DNA of 24,541 bases from a virus (lineage: Duplodnaviria > Caudoviricetes), in IMG/VR virus record IMGVR_UViG_3300032233_001517, positions 1 to 24,541 of that record; one strand, written 5' to 3'. A model generated the notes under the pieces. It was not told the origin of the DNA. It searched no databases and saw only the letters and a program-made list of their open reading frames with translations. The translations under genes and the position numbers were made by a program. This document shows, one piece after another, positions 19,034-24,541 of the stretch (positions are counted from its first letter, which is position 1; each line of letters begins with the position of its first letter).

Positions 19034-19312
19034 ATGAAAACCTTTCAAGAATTTCAAGAAGATTTAAATGCTCTTCAAAAGGATTTGAGTTCTCTTCATA
19101 AGAAGGGTGAGTTGAGAAGAAGAACTTCTCAATCTGGGGAGGCACTTCAATCTGCTGTTCAGAAGCATAGGGAAGTAAGTGCGGCAAACAGGGAAAAAAC
19201 TGCTGCAACTTCTGCCGAGTTCAAAAAGAAAAATGCAGAAAATTTAGAAAAAATAAAGAAACAAAAAGAAAGAAAATTAAAGAGAAATATAAATAAAGGA
19301 AGCAAAGTATAA
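19034..19312 (+). CDS. Basic 92-aa protein with T4 internal-protein-like capsid targeting sequence
   Basis: Starts MKTFQEFQED, resembling the T4 IP leader MKT(Y/F)xEF..E. It has a late promoter and a Lys/Arg-rich helical body. Confidence 0.7.
   Translation: MKTFQEFQEDLNALQKDLSSLHKKGELRRRTSQSGEALQSAVQKHREVSAANREKTAATSAEFKKKNAENLEKIKKQKERKLKRNINKGSKV
19288..19295 (+). promoter_or_regulatory. T4-type late promoter (TATAAATA) for ORF 19321
   Basis: Exact TATAAATA inside the 3' end of the previous ORF, 25 nt before the ATG. It shares TATAAATAAAG with the promoter at 22529. Confidence 0.75.
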
Positions 19313-19320
19313 TTAAAAAA

Positions 19321-20334
19321 ATGAATTCTAGAGAAGTTCAAGAACTCAAAGAATTGTATTCTGAAGTTTATGAGGAGAGAGCAGCGAAAAGAAGGAAGCC
19401 CTCAAAATCTGTTGAGCAATTAAAGGCGGAAATTGACGCTAAAAATCCCACTGAAGAAGGAATTACTGGAAAACAAATTCCTAAGAAAAAGTGGAGATCG
19501 GCACCAAAAAGACATGAGTTTGAAAAAGAAAGAAGAGCAGAAAGGAAGAAAAGAGAAGGATCTACAGGATATGGGCATTCTGGACATTTGATGACTGGAA
19601 GCACAAGAACCATGGCTCATAATCGCCATGATACGATTGGTGAAGCAAAAGTAGATGATTTGAAATATGGAAAGGGTGAAAAAGAATCCAGTCGTAATGC
19701 CTACTTATCAAAAAATTTGCCAAATGTGAGAACGGATAGAAACAAACGCTTTGATTCTACTGCTGGCAAACTTGTAACTCATAGTGAAGTTGAGGGTAAA
19801 AGATTGTCCAAGCATTTCTCCAATAGAGGTGTAAAGAAAGAAGAATTTGATATTTTTGATTTTATTTTTGAGTACCTAGTTACCGAAGGATATGCTGATA
19901 CTGAGCAAGCAGCAGAAGCAATTATGATGAATATGAGTGAAGAGTGGGTTGAGAGTATTGTTGAGGAAGTTCTTGATGAAAGAAAATATGATAGAGATGA
20001 GAAACTTCCTGGTTCTGGAAAAACTCCTCGTGAAAAAATGGAAAGACAAAGAGGAAAGCATGGTGCAAATTATCTTTTAAGAGGTAGAGAAACAAAAGAT
20101 CGTAACGATCAAGCAAGAACTTCCCACTTTAACAGAGCAACCACAATGGATACTGTTAAAGCAGCACAAGATGCTGGAGAAGAACCAAGCAAAGATCCAA
20201 AATGGAAAAATACCATTGCTGCTCGTCGTCGTCCTCGTGCTTCATATGAAGTTCCAAATGAGCGCCCAGGTGGATTGAGAGCAGGTAATACAAAAGCAGG
20301 TGGACATAGAACTCTCAAAAGAAAGGAGGATTAA
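19321..20334 (+). CDS. Modular late protein (337 aa) with alternating acidic/basic segments; putative internal head protein
   Basis: Long ORF with a late promoter. It shares the EGYADTEQAAEAIMxNMSEEW module and the ERAAK(R/K)R..KA.IDAK motif with 22559..23977. Function is inferred. Confidence 0.75.
   Translation: MNSREVQELKELYSEVYEERAAKRRKPSKSVEQLKAEIDAKNPTEEGITGKQIPKKKWRSAPKRHEFEKERRAERKKREGSTGYGHSGHLMTGSTRTMAHNRHDTIGEAKVDDLKYGKGEKESSRNAYLSKNLPNVRTDRNKRFDSTAGKLVTHSEVEGKRLSKHFSNRGVKKEEFDIFDFIFEYLVTEGYADTEQAAEAIMMNMSEEWVESIVEEVLDERKYDRDEKLPGSGKTPREKMERQRGKHGANYLLRGRETKDRNDQARTSHFNRATTMDTVKAAQDAGEEPSKDPKWKNTIAARRRPRASYEVPNERPGGLRAGNTKAGGHRTLKRKED
19885..19947 (+). repeat. 63-nt dispersed direct repeat, copy 1 (encodes EGYADTEQAAEAIMMNMSEEW)
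   Basis: 60/63 nt identical to 23576-23638 by manual alignment. Confidence 0.95.
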
Positions 20335-20335
20335 T

Positions 20336-20390
20336 CCACTTTTCAAACTGGCACACTGGGAGGTTTTATTGCCTCCCTTTTTCGTATACT
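20336..20390 (+). promoter_or_regulatory. Conserved intergenic element, copy 1: upstream motif + hairpin + -10 box (TATACT)
   Basis: CCACTTTTCAAACTGGCACACTGGG (20336-20360) is 22/25 identical to 23983-24007. TATACT lies at 20385-20390, with no recognisable -35 at 17-nt spacing. Confidence 0.7.
20358..20382 (+). terminator. Rho-independent terminator after ORF 19321
   Basis: GGGAGGT-TTTATT-GCCTCCC stem-loop followed by TTTTT. Confidence 0.8.
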
Positions 20391-20411
20391 AGGTTCAACC
20401 GAATCCCACCG

Positions 20412-22526
20412 ATGACTGTTAACCACGAAATCAAGTCCCATCTTGCTCGTCTTCTCGCCACAGAAGATCTTGTGGTGGAGCACAAGAAGGTAGAAACTGC
20501 TTGCTTTAATGTTCATAGCCGTGTGCTTACACTGCCTCTCTGGGAGCGGGCAAGCAACACTGTGTACGATCTTTTGGTGGGACATGAAGTAGGACATGCA
20601 CTCTTCACACCTGATGAGGATTGGATAAAAAATCGTAAGATTCCCCCACAGTTTGTGAATGTGGTTGAGGATGCACGGGTAGAAAAATTGATGAAGCGTA
20701 AGTATGCCGGACTCGCTAAAACTTTTTACGGTGGTTATAAAGAACTTCATGAGCAGGATTTCTTCTCTATTGGTGATGATGATGTTTCCATTTACAATCT
20801 TGCCGATAGAGCAAATCTTTACTTCAAAGTAGGAAACTTCATGCCTTTGGAGTTTACTGAAGAAGAGCAGGAAATTATTGATTTAATTGCTAATCTTGAA
20901 ACCTTTGAAGACGCTCTTCATGCAGCAGAACTTCTCTACAACTATTGTAAGGGGCAGCAAAAAACTGAAACTAAAATTGATTTAGATTCTCATGAATCTG
21001 GACAAACTGGTGGAAATTCTCCGAACAAACAATCTTCAAATAAGCAAGAAGGAGATAATATTCAATCTGAAATGGAAGATAGTGATGGGGATGGATCTGA
21101 AGAAAATGATGAAGAGAATCCACAAGAACTTAAGGGGGATTTTGGTGGAGAAACCGATGATCCTGAAGTAAAAACTATGGATTCTTTGGAAGATTCTCTA
21201 AAGGATCTTGTGAATAATAATGGATATGAAAATGTATATGTTGAAATTCCTAAGCTTAATATAAACCAACTAGTAGTTGATAATCAAGAGGTGCATAAAA
21301 CTTGCACCAAGCATTGGGAATATTATAACGAATCTAGTGAAATCTTTGATGAGGTAGATAAAGAATTCCGTGATTTCAAGCGTTCGGCACAGAAGGAAGT
21401 TAATTATCTGGTAAAGGAGTTTGAGTGCCGCAAAGCGGCAGATTCCTATGCTCGTGCATCAACTGCTCGTACAGGTATTCTGGACTGCACCAAACTTCAT
21501 ACCTATAAGTATAATGAAGATCTATTCAAAAAAGTCACCACTCTTGCAAATGGTAAAAATCATGGTTTGATTTTTATTCTTGACTGGTCTGGTTCTATGA
21601 ATAAAGTAATGTTGGATACTATAAAACAACTCTTCAATCTCATCTGGTTTTGTAAAAAGGTTAATATTCCTTTTGAGGTTTATGCCTTTACGAATGATTA
21701 CCCAAAGGTTCAATATCATGAAAGTGGTAGAGCACTTATGCCCACACCTGCATATCAAAAGAAAGATGGTGTTTTTCACATCAATGATTATTTTTCTCTT
21801 TTGAATATGTTTACCAGCAAAGTGAATGGTAAAACTTTGGAAGATCAAATGTTGAACATCTATCGAATTTCTAAAGCTTTTGATAATTATTGCCGTTATG
21901 GTGTTCCAATGGGATTAAATCTTTCTGGAACTCCTTTGAATGAAACCTTGATGGCTCTTCATGAAATTCTTCCTACTTTCCAAAAGGATAATAAACTCCA
22001 AAAAGTTCAGTGTGTAATTCTGACTGATGGAGAAGCAGCTCCTTTGAAATATCATCGTGAATTTAATCGTCATTGGGAAAGTAAACCTCATCTTGGAATT
22101 AATTCTATTGGCTCCAATAGTTTTCTTCGTGATCGTAAAACTGGGAATACTTACTCTCTAAATCATGAATGGTATAAGTTTACTGATGTTTTGCTTCAAA
22201 ATCTTCGGGATAAGTTCCCATCTATCAATTTTATTGGTATGAGAATTGTAGAACCTCGTGATGCTGGGAATTTCATCCGTCGTTATACTGGGGCTGAATT
22301 TGATAAAGTATTTTCATCTTGGAAGAAAGAAAAAACTTTCTCCATTAAAAATTCTGGGTATCACACTTATTTTGGATTATCTTCTACTGCAATATCAAAT
22401 GATGATGAATTTGAAGTTTGTGAAGATGCAACTAAAACTCAAATTAAATCCGCTTTTATGAAGAGCCTTAAATCCAAAAAAATGAATAAAAAGGTTCTTG
22501 GGGAGTTTATGGAATTGGTTGCCTAA
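20412..22526 (+). CDS. Zincin-like metallopeptidase + vWA domain protein (CobT-like partner of the AAA+ ATPase)
   Basis: HEVGH (HExxH) with downstream NVVEDARVE, acidic low-complexity linker, MIDAS DWSGS, GTPL and LTDGE. It lies upstream of the CobS-like ATPase. Confidence 0.85.
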   Translation: MTVNHEIKSHLARLLATEDLVVEHKKVETACFNVHSRVLTLPLWERASNTVYDLLVGHEVGHALFTPDEDWIKNRKIPPQFVNVVEDARVEKLMKRKYAGLAKTFYGGYKELHEQDFFSIGDDDVSIYNLADRANLYFKVGNFMPLEFTEEEQEIIDLIANLETFEDALHAAELLYNYCKGQQKTETKIDLDSHESGQTGGNSPNKQSSNKQEGDNIQSEMEDSDGDGSEENDEENPQELKGDFGGETDDPEVKTMDSLEDSLKDLVNNNGYENVYVEIPKLNINQLVVDNQEVHKTCTKHWEYYNESSEIFDEVDKEFRDFKRSAQKEVNYLVKEFECRKAADSYARASTARTGILDCTKLHTYKYNEDLFKKVTTLANGKNHGLIFILDWSGSMNKVMLDTIKQLFNLIWFCKKVNIPFEVYAFTNDYPKVQYHESGRALMPTPAYQKKDGVFHINDYFSLLNMFTSKVNGKTLEDQMLNIYRISKAFDNYCRYGVPMGLNLSGTPLNETLMALHEILPTFQKDNKLQKVQCVILTDGEAAPLKYHREFNRHWESKPHLGINSIGSNSFLRDRKTGNTYSLNHEWYKFTDVLLQNLRDKFPSINFIGMRIVEPRDAGNFIRRYTGAEFDKVFSSWKKEKTFSIKNSGYHTYFGLSSTAISNDDEFEVCEDATKTQIKSAFMKSLKSKKMNKKVLGEFMELVA

Positions 22527-22528
22527 TT

Positions 22529-22536
22529 TATAAATA
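22529..22536 (+). promoter_or_regulatory. T4-type late promoter (TATAAATA) for ORF 22559
   Basis: Exact TATAAATA 2 nt after the upstream stop and 22 nt before the ATG. Confidence 0.85.
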
Positions 22537-22558
22537 AAGTTAGGAAAAAAATAAACAA

Positions 22559-23977
22559 ATGAACGCACAACAATTTAAAGAACTTCATCTGATCTATGAT
22601 GCAGTGTATGACGACAATCTCAGAGAAGAGGTTGAGGAGTATAATAATGCTGTTTATACGGAGGATATTGTAGAAGTCGCAACGGAATATTTCTATTCCT
22701 ATGGATTGAATTCTGATGGAATTGATATTCTCGTTGAGAAGGTAGGTTTGGAATCTTTCGTTGAGTTTGTTTATGACTTATCTGAAGATCTTTATGTTCT
22801 TACTGAAGAAAGAGCAGCAAAGAAAAGAACTGGTGGAGAATCTTATGCTGCCGTAAAGGCAAAGATTGATGCAAAAGAAGCAGCTAAAAAGAAAGCAAAG
22901 GAAGCTGGGGCAAAGAAAAAATCTGAAACCAGTGGTCCTGAAAGTGAAGCAAAGAAAGAGCAGCCAAAGTCAAAAGCCCCTGTAAGGGACGCAATTGCCC
23001 GTGGTATCTTCCGTGCTGTAGATGCCTATAAGGCAGGCGTAGAGCGTCACAAGGAGGCTACTAAGAAGGCAGGAGACGCCTATAGAAAAGGTGTGGAGAA
23101 GCATAACGCTGCCACTTCTACTGCGGGTAAGCTTGCAAAGGAAACCGGCAAAACAGTTGGTAAGGCTGCTCAGGTTGCTGGACACCTTGCTAAGAGTGTT
23201 GGTGGTGGTGTGGGAATTGCTGCAAAGGCAGGCAAAAAAATGGTTGGTGAAGAAGTTGAGGCATGGGTTAATCAACTCGTAGAAGAAGGTTATGACCTGA
23301 GTGATTATACTTGGGAAGAGATGGCAGAGATTTATCTTGATGAAGCAAATAGAGCAGAAAAAGAACTAGGTCTTACTTCAAGAGAACGCACAAGAGCAAG
23401 AAATCTTCATCAAAATACCGATACACCAATTTTTTATAAAAAGAAAAATAATGCATTAAAGGATAGAAGTAGTTCTACAACTAATACTGCTCATAGAAAC
23501 ATGGCAGCAAAAAGAAGAGAAAATGCATCCGAAGAAGTAGACATCTATGATGTAATTCTCTCGCATCTTCTTGATGAAGGTTATGCTGATACTGAGCAAG
23601 CAGCAGAGGCAATTATGGTGAATATGAGTGAAGAGTGGAGAGATGATATTGTGGAAAAAACTGCTATGGCTAAAAAAGGTCATGATGAAACGGAAATTCG
23701 TAATAAGATTGCTAAAAACACAAAAGGTGGAGAGTTTGCTGATAGAGCAACTGAATTAGAAAACAGACCAACTTTTGGAGATGGTGAAAAGAAATCAGCA
23801 AGAGAAAAACTTGCAAGAACGCAGAGAGGTGATTTCCGTAGAACAACTTCTTCTGATTATGGTCTTCGTTTGGGTGCTCATAAGTCCGATGACCCTGCCG
23901 TAAAAGAAAAGCAGTCCGCAAGAGGAAAGCAAAGAAGTGCTTTGACTCCTAAAGAGAAAAAACAACTCAATAGATAA
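22559..23977 (+). CDS. Modular late protein (472 aa) with three acidic modules and three basic segments; putative internal head protein
   Basis: Long ORF with its own late promoter and terminator. Acidic modules are at about aa 1-84, 231-262 and 325-366; paralogous modules are shared with 19321..20334. Confidence 0.75.
   Translation: MNAQQFKELHLIYDAVYDDNLREEVEEYNNAVYTEDIVEVATEYFYSYGLNSDGIDILVEKVGLESFVEFVYDLSEDLYVLTEERAAKKRTGGESYAAVKAKIDAKEAAKKKAKEAGAKKKSETSGPESEAKKEQPKSKAPVRDAIARGIFRAVDAYKAGVERHKEATKKAGDAYRKGVEKHNAATSTAGKLAKETGKTVGKAAQVAGHLAKSVGGGVGIAAKAGKKMVGEEVEAWVNQLVEEGYDLSDYTWEEMAEIYLDEANRAEKELGLTSRERTRARNLHQNTDTPIFYKKKNNALKDRSSSTTNTAHRNMAAKRRENASEEVDIYDVILSHLLDEGYADTEQAAEAIMVNMSEEWRDDIVEKTAMAKKGHDETEIRNKIAKNTKGGEFADRATELENRPTFGDGEKKSAREKLARTQRGDFRRTTSSDYGLRLGAHKSDDPAVKEKQSARGKQRSALTPKEKKQLNR
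23021..23128 (+). repeat. Tandem 54-nt (18-aa) duplication
   Basis: DAYKAGVERHKEATKKAG followed by DAYRKGVEKHNAATSTAG; units start at 23021 and 23075. Confidence 0.8.
23576..23638 (+). repeat. 63-nt dispersed direct repeat, copy 2 (encodes EGYADTEQAAEAIMVNMSEEW)
   Basis: 60/63 nt identical to 19885-19947. Confidence 0.95.
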
Positions 23978-23982
23978 TTTAA

Positions 23983-24038
23983 CCACTTTCCAAACCGTCA
24001 CACTGGGGGCTTCACCGCCCCCTTTTTACTGTTATGAT
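23983..24038 (+). promoter_or_regulatory. Conserved intergenic element, copy 2: upstream motif + hairpin + extended -10 (TGtTATGAT)
   Basis: CCACTTTCCAAACCGTCACACTGGG (23983-24007), TATGAT at 24033-24038. Motif-to--10 spacing is within 1 nt of copy 1. Confidence 0.7.
24005..24027 (+). terminator. Rho-independent terminator after ORF 22559
   Basis: GGGGGC-TTCACC-GCCCCC stem-loop followed by TTTTT. Confidence 0.85.
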
Positions 24039-24071
24039 AACTTCAGTTAAACAAAACCACCTAACTACATC

Positions 24072-24541
24072 ATGCCTCGCAAGATTTCCGTGACTGACGA
24101 TCAACTGATTTCTGAACTTCAAGCTCTGTTCGGTTCTGAACTGAGTGCTGGCGATATTCGTGGATACTGTGCATCCAAAAATCTTGCATACCCTACAGTT
24201 ACTCGTCGCCTTGAACCATTCAAAACTAATCGTGGACGTTGGAACCTAGAAGTAACTCCTACCGTTGTTGGTAAAATGGAGCAAGCATATCAATCTCCTG
24301 CTGCTCTTCCTGCTGTAGAACAAAACCTTATTCCTGATAAAGATGATACCTTCGTCAAGTTTGGTAATTTTAACGATATTAAGAAAATTATTCAGTCCCG
24401 TATTTTCTATCCTGCATTCATTACGGGTCTTTCGGGTAATGGTAAAACGTTCTGTGTTGAGCAGGTTTGTGCTCAACTTAAGCGTGAATTAATCCGTGTT
24501 AACATCACTATCGAAACCGATGAGGATGATCTTATTGGGGG
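24072..24541 (+). CDS. cobS: CobS/MoxR-like AAA+ ATPase, 5' part (runs off the window)
   Basis: Hand-translated MPRKISVTDD...RGRWNL...NLIPDKDDTFVKFGNF.DIKKIIQSRIFYPAFITGLSGNGKTFCVEQVCAQLKRELIRVNITIETDEDDLIG, with Walker A GLSGNGKT. This is the phage 'CobS' family; no stop before the window end. Not in the ORF track. Confidence 0.9.
   Translation, partial: MPRKISVTDDQLISELQALFGSELSAGDIRGYCASKNLAYPTVTRRLEPFKTNRGRWNLEVTPTVVGKMEQAYQSPAALPAVEQNLIPDKDDTFVKFGNFNDIKKIIQSRIFYPAFITGLSGNGKTFCVEQVCAQLKRELIRVNITIETDEDDLIG

Noticed and set aside
20343-20750. 135-aa minus-strand ORF
   Set aside because: It is antisense to the conserved HExxH domain and has no promoter, SD or recognisable motif.
19885-23638. 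63-nt repeat pair as a DGR template/variable repeat or CRISPR-like repeat
   Set aside because: All three mismatches are at A in copy 1, which is suggestive, but n=3. Both copies are mid-gene and coding, two changes are synonymous, no reverse transcriptase is in the window, and there is no repeat-spacer periodicity.
24246-24476. 76-aa minus-strand ORF
   Set aside because: It is the antisense shadow of the CobS-like ATPase, which the track missed because it is truncated by the window edge.

Overview
The window is a + strand segment of a T4-like myovirus genome, most probably a cyanophage (Kyanoviridae-like; gene order and a DUF3110-like gene point to a cyanobacterial host). It holds the core head/tail block (structural gene, gp17, gp18, gp19, gp20, two small genes, gp21, gp22, gp23, gp3), then uvsY, uvsW, gp55, gp47, gp46, a zincin/vWA (CobT-like) gene and the start of a CobS/MoxR-like AAA+ ATPase. 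The most unusual part is 19010-24040. Three genes, each with its own late promoter, sit in two cassettes between non-late genes, and each cassette ends in a terminator embedded in a conserved promoter-like element. One gene begins with a T4 internal-protein capsid-targeting-like sequence (MKTFQEF). The other two are built from alternating acidic modules (one a 60/63-nt identical repeat) and very basic segments, with Glu-ended, gp21-type sites at the junctions. I infer a shuffled family of protease-processed internal-head polyproteins. A near-consensus antisense sigma70 promoter also sits back-to-back with the gp55 promoter. All family assignments come from motif recognition and synteny; no searches were run.
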